Position numbers and translations under genes: made by a program. Positions 1 to 7,988 of a stretch of DNA of 58,854 nucleotides are shown here, piece by piece. Positions within the stretch are counted from its first letter, which is position 1; each line of letters starts with the position of its first letter. Below the pieces are notes generated by a model. That model saw only the letters and a program-made list of their open reading frames with translations, did no database searches and was not told where the DNA came from. The stretch comes from a virus (lineage: Duplodnaviria; Caudoviricetes), in IMG/VR virus record IMGVR_UViG_3300042991_000497, positions 1 to 58,854 of that record, one strand, 5' to 3'.

Positions 1-850
1 CGACGCAACGGACGCCGCAACGGCCAACGCAACGGCTGCCGCAACGCGCGCCGCAACGGACGGCGCAACGCGCGCCGCAACGATCGACGCAACGCGCGCC
101 GCAACGGCCGACGCAACGGACGACGCAACGTTCGGCGCAACGATCGACGCAACGCACGCCGCAACGCGCGCCGCAACGGTCGCAGCAACGCGCGCCGCAA
201 CGATCGCCGCAACGGACGCCGCAACGTTCAACGCAACGTACGGCGCAGCGCTCAACGCAACGGCTGCCGCAACGGACGCAGCAACGCGCGCCGCAACGGA
301 CGGCGCAACGTACGGCGCAGCGCTCAACGCAACGGCTGCCGCAACGCACGCCGCAACGCGCGACGCAACGCACGCCGCAACGCGCGCCGCGACACACGTC
401 GCAACGATCGCCGCAACGACCGACGCAACGGCCGACGCAACGATCGCCGCAACGACCGACGCAACGGCCGACGCAACGATCGCCGCAACGCGCGTCGCAA
501 CGTTCGGCGCAACGGCCGCGGCAACGCACGCCGCAACGCGCGCCGCAACGGACGCCGCAACGGACGACGCAACGGACGCCGCAACGATCGCCGCAACGAT
601 CGCCGCAACGCGCGCCGCAACGATCGCCGCAACGTACGCCGCAACGGACGCCGCAACGCGCGCCGCAACGCGCGCCGCAACGGTCGGTGCAACGGACGAC
701 GCAACGCGCGCCGCAACGGACGACGCAACGGACGCCGCAACGGACGACGCAACGGACGACGCAACGGACGGCGCAACGGCCGCGGCAACGGACGCCGCAA
801 CGCGCGCAGCAACGCGCGCCGCAACGGACGCCGCAACGGACGCCGCAACG
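1..850 (+). repeat. 12-bp imperfect tandem repeat NNC-NNC-GCA-ACG (about 70 units)
   Basis: gcaacg recurs every 12 nt, with two variable codons between copies. Confidence 0.95.
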
Positions 851-1543
851 GCACAGCAACTTGGTCTCATGTTCGGGGTTGACCCTGCTTTTATGTTGGG
901 TTGCAGCAGAGAATGGCAGCGCATGCACCAAGGAGGAAACATGTGGGTGCCTTGGGCTTGCTATCTGTCAGCGTATCGCGATGTGCTTGGGCTAGACCTG
1001 CCAGCGCACAAAAAATACAGGGCGTGGGAAGCATGCGCGGTAGAGGGTGGTTTCCGGGTCATGCACCCGGAGTTCTGCATCGTCAGCGATCGGCCGGAAC
1101 TACTCAAGGTTGATGACCAGAACCGGCCGCACTGCGAGACGGGACCATCGCATCGTTGGCGCGATGGTTGGAGTCTCTACCATTGGCACGGCGTGAGCAT
1201 CCCCGGCGAATGGGTGACCGGCCGCCCACCATCAGCCGCGGAAGCCTTGACTTGGGAGAACGTCGAGCAGCGCCGTGTCGCGTGTGAGATTGTTGGTTGG
1301 GCGAAGGTGCTCGACCAGCTCAAAGCGAAGACCATCGACGAAGATGGCGACCCGGAAATCGGATCTTTGCTTGAGGTTCATCTCCCGGATGCCGGCAGGG
1401 AACGATTCTTGAAGGTTCGCTGCGGGACCGGCCGCACGTTCGCATTGCCTGTCCCCAACACCGTGAAAACAGTAATCGAAGCCCAAGCGTGGACGTGGGG
1501 CATCGAAGTGAAAGATTTTCAACGTCCCGAAATCCGCACCTAA
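2..1543 (+). CDS. DUF6745-like protein, 3' part: about 70 x-x-A-T tetrapeptide repeats, then the conserved C-terminal domain (5' part at window end)
   Basis: The frame starting at base 2 reads DATDAATANATAAATRAAT... with no stop and is in frame with ORF 869..1543. The C-terminus (CIVSDRP..DDQNRPHCETGP..WRDGWSLYHWHGV..NVEQRRVACEIVGW..LKVRCGTGRTF) is typical of DUF6745. Confidence 0.8.
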   Translation, partial: DATDAATANATAAATRAATDGATRAATIDATRAATADATDDATFGATIDATHAATRAATVAATRAATIAATDAATFNATYGAALNATAAATDAATRAATDGATYGAALNATAAATHAATRDATHAATRAATHVATIAATTDATADATIAATTDATADATIAATRVATFGATAAATHAATRAATDAATDDATDAATIAATIAATRAATIAATYAATDAATRAATRAATVGATDDATRAATDDATDAATDDATDDATDGATAAATDAATRAATRAATDAATDAATAQQLGLMFGVDPAFMLGCSREWQRMHQGGNMWVPWACYLSAYRDVLGLDLPAHKKYRAWEACAVEGGFRVMHPEFCIVSDRPELLKVDDQNRPHCETGPSHRWRDGWSLYHWHGVSIPGEWVTGRPPSAAEALTWENVEQRRVACEIVGWAKVLDQLKAKTIDEDGDPEIGSLLEVHLPDAGRERFLKVRCGTGRTFALPVPNTVKTVIEAQAWTWGIEVKDFQRPEIRT

Positions 1544-1547
1544 AGGA

Positions 1548-1913
1548 ATGAACATGAAGAAATGGACCACCGAACGCCCCGCCGCTCAAGGCGACCTCTT
1601 TCTGCGCCGCATCGACAAGCTGCCCGCGGATGCAAAGCTGATGCCGACCGAGAAAGGCGCATTCGTTGTCGCGCACAGCGAAACAGGGCACAACCACATC
1701 ATCAAGGAGCGCCCCGGCGTCAAGGTCTACACGACCGACAACCCGATGGTGAGCTATCTTGAAGTGATTGACGCCACCGAGAAAACCGAGGCGCTGCTGG
1801 AGCACCTACGCGGCCACGACACGCACGAAACCCTGGCAATCCCTCCAGGCATCTTTGAGCTGCGCCGCCAGCGCGAGCACACGCCGGAAGGTTGGCGCCG
1901 CGTCGCCGACTGA
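1548..1913 (+). CDS. Small His-rich protein of the type usually paired with DUF6745
   Basis: Motifs QGDL, HSETGHNH, LEH..HDTH, PPG..ELRRQRE; SD aagga upstream. Confidence 0.7.
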   Translation: MNMKKWTTERPAAQGDLFLRRIDKLPADAKLMPTEKGAFVVAHSETGHNHIIKERPGVKVYTTDNPMVSYLEVIDATEKTEALLEHLRGHDTHETLAIPPGIFELRRQREHTPEGWRRVAD

Positions 1914-1953
1914 TCCACACCGATTCCCAACCCGCCAATCCGAAAGGCACAAC

Positions 1954-2553
1954 ATGGCTCTTCTTCCTAACCAAATCATTCTCAAAAACGTTCGCAGCGC
2001 GTTCCTCGTCCTGGAAGACCCGCAGGACTATTTGGACAACAAGCAGTTCCGTTGGTCGGCGACTGCCCTGATCCCCTACAACTCCCCGATGGTGAAAGAG
2101 GTTGAAGCAAAAATGCTCGCCGTCGCCGAGTTGAAGTGGGGCAAGAAAGGAAAGGCAGTCCACGACGCGGTGATCCTCGACAAGCAGACCACCTGCTTCC
2201 TGGACGGCAAACGCAAACCCGAGTACGACGGCTACGAAGGCCACTGGGCGCTCACGGCGCACCGGCCGCAGAAGTCGGGGCGCCCCATGGTCATCGACAC
2301 GGACACCCAACCGATCTACGACGGCAAAGGCATGTTCATGGAGGGCAAAGCCGGCCGCATCTACAGCGGTTCGTTCATCAATCTGAAGGTCGGCTTTTGG
2401 TGCCAGGACAACGCCAACGGCAAGGCCATTCGCGCCGAACTGCTGACAGTGCAATCTCTGTTCCGGGGCGACGCATTCGGTGGCGGCGCCAAGCCGACCA
2501 CTGATGAGTTTGAAGTCGTGGCCGACGGCGCGGACGACGGCGACTTGGGTTGA
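1954..2553 (+). CDS. ssDNA-binding protein (DUF2815 / T7 gp2.5-like)
   Basis: IILKNVRSAF, FLDG, IYSGS, GKAIRAEL..VQ..GDAFGG and an acidic tail; SD gaaagg precedes ATG 1954. Confidence 0.85.
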   Translation: MALLPNQIILKNVRSAFLVLEDPQDYLDNKQFRWSATALIPYNSPMVKEVEAKMLAVAELKWGKKGKAVHDAVILDKQTTCFLDGKRKPEYDGYEGHWALTAHRPQKSGRPMVIDTDTQPIYDGKGMFMEGKAGRIYSGSFINLKVGFWCQDNANGKAIRAELLTVQSLFRGDAFGGGAKPTTDEFEVVADGADDGDLG

Positions 2554-2556
2554 GCG

Positions 2557-2583
2557 AAGCCTCACCTTCGGGTGGGGCTTTTT
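2557..2583 (+). terminator. Rho-independent terminator after the SSB gene
   Basis: aagcctcacc-TTCG-ggtggggctt followed by a T run. Confidence 0.8.
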
Positions 2584-2586
2584 GGA

Positions 2587-2689
2587 GGGGCTTGCTGGCC
2601 CGGCGGCCGGGGGAAGTCCGAGACACGCTAACGCGTGGAGTAGGCGTCCAAAATGCCCCGACTGAGTTCGACTCTCAGGGGCCCCTCCA
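2587..2689 (+). ncRNA. tRNA-like structured RNA (acceptor stem, D arm, T arm, CCA; no canonical anticodon arm)
   Basis: GGGGCTT/GGGCCCC stem plus TCCA; CTGGCC-CGGC-GGCCGG hairpin; perfect CTGAG-TTCGACT-CTCAG T arm. Confidence 0.55.
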
Positions 2690-2701
2690 AAGAGCAAACA
2701 C

Positions 2702-5050
2702 ATGCGCGACACATACCACGATCTGGAAACATTCAGCCGCGTCAACCTCAAGACGGCGGGCTCACACAAATACGCTCGCGACTGCGATGTGATGTTGTGG
2801 GCCTTCGCCGACGGCGACGGTGATATTTACGTGTGGGACCGCGTGTACGGCGATCTGTGGTCCCAGGACGGTCTGAGCGGTGTGTGGGCGCGACACACAA
2901 CACGCGGCACGCCGAGCGAAATGAGCGCGCTGCTCAACGACGATCAAGCGCTAGTTTGGTTCCACAATGGCGGTCAGTTTGACTTTCCGGTTCTAGACAC
3001 CCAGCTGCCGCACCTCGCGCCCCCGTTCGCGCGCCGCCGTGACACGATGGTGCAGGCTTTTGCGCACGCCCTGCCTGGGGCGCTAGAGAAGCTCGGGGAT
3101 ATTTTGGGCCTAGCCGAAGACAAAAAGAAACTCAAGGACGGTAAGGCGCTTGTGCGCTTGTTTTGCCTCCCGCAGAACGAAGCATTCCAGAAGCGATTCG
3201 GAACCGACCGCGCAACGCGCGACACGCACCCAGCTGAGTGGATGCGGTTCATCGAGTACGCAGGTGGCGATATCGCGACGATGCGTGCGGCACGCCGAGT
3301 ATTGCCGCGCTGGAACTACAGCACCGACAAGCAGGTCGGGCTGTGCTTGCTTGACTGGAAGATCAACGCGCGGGGGTTCCTGGTTGATGTAGCGCTGGCA
3401 CAAGGGGCCGTGGAGGGGTCTGGCAGGGCCAAGGCACTGCTGGCCGAGCAGAGTAGGGGGCTTACCGGCGATCAGGTGGGCGCGACGACCCAGCGCGATG
3501 TATTGCTGGCGTACATCCTGGCCGAACACAGCATCGAGCTACCAGACATGCGTGCCGACACGATCGAACGGCGGATCGACGATCCCGCACTGCCCGATGC
3601 CGTGCGCGAGCTGTTGAAGAACCGACTGCAGGCGTCCATGAACTCAGTATCGAAGTTCAAGACTCTGCTCAACATGGTGTGCGACGACGGCCGCATGCGA
3701 GGCTGCATGCAATTCCGTGGCGCCGGGCGCACTGGTCGGTGGGCCCACCGCGGCTTCCAACCTGGCAACCTGCCTCGTCCGACGCTGCCGCAGCGCTTGA
3801 TTGACTTGGCTATTCTGGCGCTCAAGAACGACGATGTGGAGCTGATCGACTTGGTGATGGGCAACGTCATGTCGGCCATCAGCAATACCATCCGCGGCGC
3901 GATCATCGCGCCTCCCAGGAAAAAGCTCGTCATCGCGGACTTGGCGAACATCGAGGGGCGCATGGCCGCCTGGTTGGCCGGGGAAGAGTGGAAGCTGCAA
4001 GCCTTTCGCGACTACGACACTATCACTGGCTACGACGCCAAGGGCAAGGCGGTCCGCAAAGGACTAGACCTCTACATCCTTGCCTACGCCAACTCGTTCA
4101 ACGTGCCACCCGAGTCGGTGCCGCCGAAAGGCAACGAGCGCCAGATCGGCAAGGTCGAGGAGTTGATGTTTCAGTACGGTGGCGGTGTCGGTGCGTGGAT
4201 CACAGGGGCCGCAACCTACGGCATTGACCTCGACGCGATGGCCGAAGCGGTGCACGGCACCGTACCGCAATGGGCCCTCGACGAAGCCGAAAAGTTCTTG
4301 GGGTGGATGCACGATCAGGTCGATGAGAAGTACGGAAAACGAGTCGCCGCACTTGCCAAGAAACACCCGGCCGACGTTCCGCAAGCCGAGCACGATGCAC
4401 TCTTGCAGCGGTGGCAAGAAGAGCGGCTCGCCAAGCGCTTCGGCTTGACCGAAAAGGTCTTCATCACGTGCGACGCGATCAAGCGCCTGTGGCGCAAGGC
4501 CCACCCTGAAATCTCGTCGTACTGGAAAGAGCTTGAATCTGCGGTGCGCTTCACCATCGAGAACCCTGGGGTTACCGTTGACTGCCGCAAGCTGAAGGTG
4601 CGCCGCAAGGGTGGATGGCTACGCATCGGGTTGCCATCTGGCCGCGCGCTGTGTTACCCGGAGCCCAGGATCGAGCCTGACAAGATCCCAAGCGCGCAGA
4701 ACCCGAGCACGATGGTGAAGAACCCACACGCCGGCAAGATCTCGTTCGTTGGGCTTAACCAATACACCCGCCAATGGGGCCGGGTCTTCACCTACGGCGG
4801 GAAACTATTCGAGAACGTTGTCCAGGCTGCGTCATGCGATCAGTTCGCCGAGCCGATGCCGAGCATCGAAGCCGCCGGATTCGAGTTGATATTGGGCATA
4901 CACGACGAGCACATCGCGGAGGCCGATGCCTCCCGCGACGATCTGAACGCCAAACTACTCGGCGATCTGATGTGCATGGACCTCAGCTGGAATGTTGGTT
5001 TGCCGCTCTCAGCGGCAGGGTTTGAAAGCGCACGTTACAGAAAGGAGTGA
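2702..5050 (+). CDS. Phage DNA polymerase, family A, with 3'-5' exonuclease
   Basis: Exo I DLETFS; GAGRTGRWA; QPGNLPR; motif A DLANIEGR; motif B RQIGKVEELMFQYGGG; TYGGKLFENVVQA; motif C IHDE. Confidence 0.95.
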   Translation: MRDTYHDLETFSRVNLKTAGSHKYARDCDVMLWAFADGDGDIYVWDRVYGDLWSQDGLSGVWARHTTRGTPSEMSALLNDDQALVWFHNGGQFDFPVLDTQLPHLAPPFARRRDTMVQAFAHALPGALEKLGDILGLAEDKKKLKDGKALVRLFCLPQNEAFQKRFGTDRATRDTHPAEWMRFIEYAGGDIATMRAARRVLPRWNYSTDKQVGLCLLDWKINARGFLVDVALAQGAVEGSGRAKALLAEQSRGLTGDQVGATTQRDVLLAYILAEHSIELPDMRADTIERRIDDPALPDAVRELLKNRLQASMNSVSKFKTLLNMVCDDGRMRGCMQFRGAGRTGRWAHRGFQPGNLPRPTLPQRLIDLAILALKNDDVELIDLVMGNVMSAISNTIRGAIIAPPRKKLVIADLANIEGRMAAWLAGEEWKLQAFRDYDTITGYDAKGKAVRKGLDLYILAYANSFNVPPESVPPKGNERQIGKVEELMFQYGGGVGAWITGAATYGIDLDAMAEAVHGTVPQWALDEAEKFLGWMHDQVDEKYGKRVAALAKKHPADVPQAEHDALLQRWQEERLAKRFGLTEKVFITCDAIKRLWRKAHPEISSYWKELESAVRFTIENPGVTVDCRKLKVRRKGGWLRIGLPSGRALCYPEPRIEPDKIPSAQNPSTMVKNPHAGKISFVGLNQYTRQWGRVFTYGGKLFENVVQAASCDQFAEPMPSIEAAGFELILGIHDEHIAEADASRDDLNAKLLGDLMCMDLSWNVGLPLSAAGFESARYRKE

Positions 5051-5262
5051 TCGTGAAGAAAGACACCTATGACGACCTTTTCGACAGGCCCGACGGAGAG
5101 GAGGGAGACCGAATGCATACGGTTTCCTGTTCGCGCTGCGGCAACACCGATGTACGGTGGAGGCTACAGGGCGGCAGATGGACGTTGTTCAGCAGCAAGC
5201 CCGGCGTTGAGCACGCGTGCGTGCCGACCACCGATGGATTTTCAACCGAAGAAGGAGATTGA
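5047..5262 (+). CDS. Small hypothetical protein with CxxC
   Basis: GTGA overlap with the polymerase stop, SD aaggag; CSRCG. Confidence 0.6.
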   Translation: MIVKKDTYDDLFDRPDGEEGDRMHTVSCSRCGNTDVRWRLQGGRWTLFSSKPGVEHACVPTTDGFSTEEGD

Positions 5263-5265
5263 ATC

Positions 5266-5517
5266 ATGACTGGCGAATCAGTGAGCATCAAACGGCACCC
5301 CCGCACACTGCAAGAGGCCTTCGGGCCCCACACATCGCGGGAGGTACACGCGCCCTCGCCCGGCAGCTCGGTGCTTGCGAGATGGGGCTACGGGATATTG
5401 GTCGCCGTCTCGCTGGCCAGCGCTGCGGTCATGCTGTCAGGGTGCTCGCCGTATGACAGCAGCCCGGGCAAGAAAGACGGGAACGGCGCCACGCTCTCTT
5501 GCGTGAAAGTGGGGTGA
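5266..5517 (+). CDS. Hypothetical membrane protein
   Basis: SD aaggag; RHPRTLQEAFG followed by a hydrophobic segment ending LSGC. Confidence 0.6.
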   Translation: MTGESVSIKRHPRTLQEAFGPHTSREVHAPSPGSSVLARWGYGILVAVSLASAAVMLSGCSPYDSSPGKKDGNGATLSCVKVG

Positions 5518-5520
5518 CGC

Positions 5521-5835
5521 GTGAAGTGTCCGAAGTGCGGTGCCGACAGCAGCGTGACCGAAACGCGGTCCTACAAGGCCGTGTTTCTGCGCCGCCGCCG
5601 TAAGTGCTTCAATGCTCACATCTTCGCAACCTACGAGGTACATGCGGGCAACCTTGACCGCAGCACGCTCGCCGGCGCCAAACGAGGCGCCGCCAAGGGC
5701 GCGAAGGCCCGGCAGCGCAAAGAGTACGTCCGCAAAAACCACGGCGTCCCATCGCTGGAACTCGCCGTCGAGTTGGGTATCACCGACGCTCGCGTGCGTC
5801 AGATTCGCAAGGAGTTGAGCGATGCCAGAACGTGA
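5521..5835 (+). CDS. NrdR-like Zn-ribbon plus HTH protein
   Basis: MKCPKCG..VTETR..RRRRKCFNAHIFATYE; C-terminal LAVELGITDARVRQIR. Confidence 0.75.
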   Translation: MKCPKCGADSSVTETRSYKAVFLRRRRKCFNAHIFATYEVHAGNLDRSTLAGAKRGAAKGAKARQRKEYVRKNHGVPSLELAVELGITDARVRQIRKELSDART

Positions 5836-6112
5836 CATTCGCAAAGCGCTGAAGCAGCGCGTCGAAGCCAATGGCGGCGAGATTCGCGCCGTGTCGTGGC
5901 TGGGCCGCAAACATGCGCCAGATGTGCTTTGCTTATTCCCTGAAGGAGCGTACCGGGGCCGCAGTGCGCACTTCTTCGTCGAGACGAAGGCGCCCGGGGG
6001 TACACCTACTCAAGGGCAGGAGCGCGAACACGAGCGCTTGCGCAACGCGGCATGCGTGGTGTTGGTCATCAGCACCCTCGGGCAGCTCGACGAGTGGTTG
6101 CCCTTGCCGTGA
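5822..6112 (+). CDS. VRR-NUC domain nuclease
   Basis: ERDI..L, APDVL, FFVETKAPGG..Q..EHERLR. Confidence 0.85.
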   Translation: MPERDIRKALKQRVEANGGEIRAVSWLGRKHAPDVLCLFPEGAYRGRSAHFFVETKAPGGTPTQGQEREHERLRNAACVVLVISTLGQLDEWLPLP

Positions 6113-7647
6113 GAGATTTCAACCCACACCCCTACCAGTCCCTGATGATCGCCTTCGCAATCAAGGTACTGCGCTGCGCCATGTGGGCGGGTATGGGGAT
6201 GGGCAAGACGAGTTCCGTGCTGGCGGTGATTGACGCTCTACTTCTAGCGGGCTCGGTGAACAAGGTGATCGTGTTCGCGCCATTGCGGGTGGCCCGCGAC
6301 ACCTGGCCTGCGGAAGCACTGAAGTGGCGACAGTTCGCCGCGATGCGCATCAAGTTCATCGGCGAGTGGCTACCGGCCGAGCGTGAATTCCTCCGAGCAA
6401 GAACGCAATTCTTGAAGTTGGCTTTGCGTGACCCGAAGCACAAGGAGCAAACAACCAAAGACGCCAAGGCGCTAGCGCTCAAGTTGCGCCCCCTGGCCGC
6501 CGCCGCGCGCTTGGAGTGGTTGCGTGACGTAGACGTGATGTGCGCGAACTACGATGTAATCCAGCAGCTGGTCGCGATCCTCGACGATGGCAAGTGGCCG
6601 TTCGATATGGTGGTAGCTGACGAAGCAACGCGGCTCAAGAGTCTGCGCACGAGGCAAGGCGGCAAGCGCGCGCAAGCACTGATGAAAATTGCCTTTGACA
6701 AAGTGACCCGGTGGATCAATCTCACCGGCACACCGTCGCCCAACGGCCTCGTCGACCTGTACGGGCAGACCTGGTTTCTTGATCGAGGCCATCGGCTTGG
6801 CAGTTCGTTCGACGCGTTTCAGAACCGGTGGTTCGGTTTCAAGCGAGCGGCCGACGCCATCGGCTACAAGCCCGGTGTCGAGCGCGTTGTATTTCCGCAC
6901 GCTCAGGCGGAAATACAAAATCTGCTGCGCGACTGTTGTCTCACAATGGACCCAAAGGACTGGTTCAACCTCGATGAACCGATAGTAAATACTATTTACA
7001 TCGACCTACCACCGAGCGCGCAGCGCCACTACAAGGAGATGGCCAAGGTGATGTTCACGGAGATCCAAGGCAACGCCATCGAGGCGTTCGCTGCCGCGGC
7101 CAAAACCATGAAGTTGATTCAGCTCTGCAACGGCGCGGCATACATCGACGGCGGCAACGTGGCGTGGACCGTGGTACACGACGAGAAGCTCGACGCGCTG
7201 GAGTCAATCGTCGAGGAAGCTGCGGGCATACCGGTGCTCACTGCATACCACTTCAAGTCGGACCTCGCACGGCTCAAGAAGCGCTTTCCGAGTGGGCTCG
7301 ACTTGGCCACAAAGGATGGCATGAAACGCGCCATGGCCGGCGAAGGTAGGGTGTGGTTCGGCCACCCGGCAGGCATGGGCCACGGCGTCGACGGTCTGCA
7401 ATACCACTCGAACATCATCGCGTTCTTCGGCCACAACTGGAACCTCGAAGAACGCTTGCAGATCATCGAACGCATCGGCCCGATGCGCCAGAAACAAGCG
7501 GGCAAAGAGCGCCCGGTCTTCATCTACAACATCGTCGCTCGCGGCACAGTCGATGCGCTGGTTCTGAAGCGCGTCGAGACAAAGCGCTCGGTGCAGGACA
7601 TTTTGCTGGAAGCCATGAAACACCAGAACGAGTTGGGGCACACATGA
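6109..7647 (+). CDS. SNF2-family helicase
   Basis: MGMGKT, APLRVA..TW, VADEAT, LTGTPSPNG..DLYGQ, GHGVDGLQ, ERIG..RQ; GTGA start overlaps the VRR-NUC stop. Confidence 0.9.
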   Translation: MRDFNPHPYQSLMIAFAIKVLRCAMWAGMGMGKTSSVLAVIDALLLAGSVNKVIVFAPLRVARDTWPAEALKWRQFAAMRIKFIGEWLPAEREFLRARTQFLKLALRDPKHKEQTTKDAKALALKLRPLAAAARLEWLRDVDVMCANYDVIQQLVAILDDGKWPFDMVVADEATRLKSLRTRQGGKRAQALMKIAFDKVTRWINLTGTPSPNGLVDLYGQTWFLDRGHRLGSSFDAFQNRWFGFKRAADAIGYKPGVERVVFPHAQAEIQNLLRDCCLTMDPKDWFNLDEPIVNTIYIDLPPSAQRHYKEMAKVMFTEIQGNAIEAFAAAAKTMKLIQLCNGAAYIDGGNVAWTVVHDEKLDALESIVEEAAGIPVLTAYHFKSDLARLKKRFPSGLDLATKDGMKRAMAGEGRVWFGHPAGMGHGVDGLQYHSNIIAFFGHNWNLEERLQIIERIGPMRQKQAGKERPVFIYNIVARGTVDALVLKRVETKRSVQDILLEAMKHQNELGHT

Positions 7648-7988
7648 GCCCTGAAGACGTGAAACGCGCAGACCAACTTCTTCAGCAACACACTGAGAGA
7701 CAACACATGAATTGCGACTACCCACAGATTATCAGGGCCCTCAGCAGGCAGGAGGGCGGTGCGCACTACAAGAACCGCGCCATTCAGCCCATCGAATACA
7801 TCCACGCAAATGACCTACCTTTCATTGAGGGCTCGGTAGTGAAGTACATCACCCGGTGGCGCGACAAAGGGGGCGTCGAGGACCTCAAGAAAATCAAGCA
7901 CTACATCGACCTGTTGATTGAGCTGGAGGCATGCAAAACCGCGCGCGTTGACGCCTCTGTGCAACACGAGATACACTCCAAGACATGA
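7644..7988 (+). CDS. DUF3310 (SaV / T7 gp1.7-like) protein
   Basis: QEGGAHYK..IQPIEYI..F..G.VVKYITRWRDKGGVEDLKK..YIDLLIE; ATGA overlap. Confidence 0.85.
   Translation: MSPEDVKRADQLLQQHTERQHMNCDYPQIIRALSRQEGGAHYKNRAIQPIEYIHANDLPFIEGSVVKYITRWRDKGGVEDLKKIKHYIDLLIELEACKTARVDASVQHEIHSKT

Noticed and set aside
1-850. Diversity-generating retroelement: the variable codons are mostly NNC, as expected from AAC mutagenesis
   Set aside because: No reverse transcriptase or template repeat in the genome; the adenines in GCA-ACG are nearly invariant; high GC3 explains NNC.
324-995. Arg/Pro-rich ORFs 324..854 (-) and 687..995 (+)
   Set aside because: Off-frame shadows of the 12-bp repeat; the frame from base 2 is the one joined to a real domain.
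2606-2628. GGGGAAGTCCG resembles the RNase P RNA 5' conserved motif
   Set aside because: The element is about 100 nt and lacks the 3' conserved partner sequence.
2587-2689. Calling the element a functional tRNA-Sec or tmRNA
   Set aside because: No UCA anticodon loop, no G3-U70 pair or tag reading frame, and too short for tmRNA.
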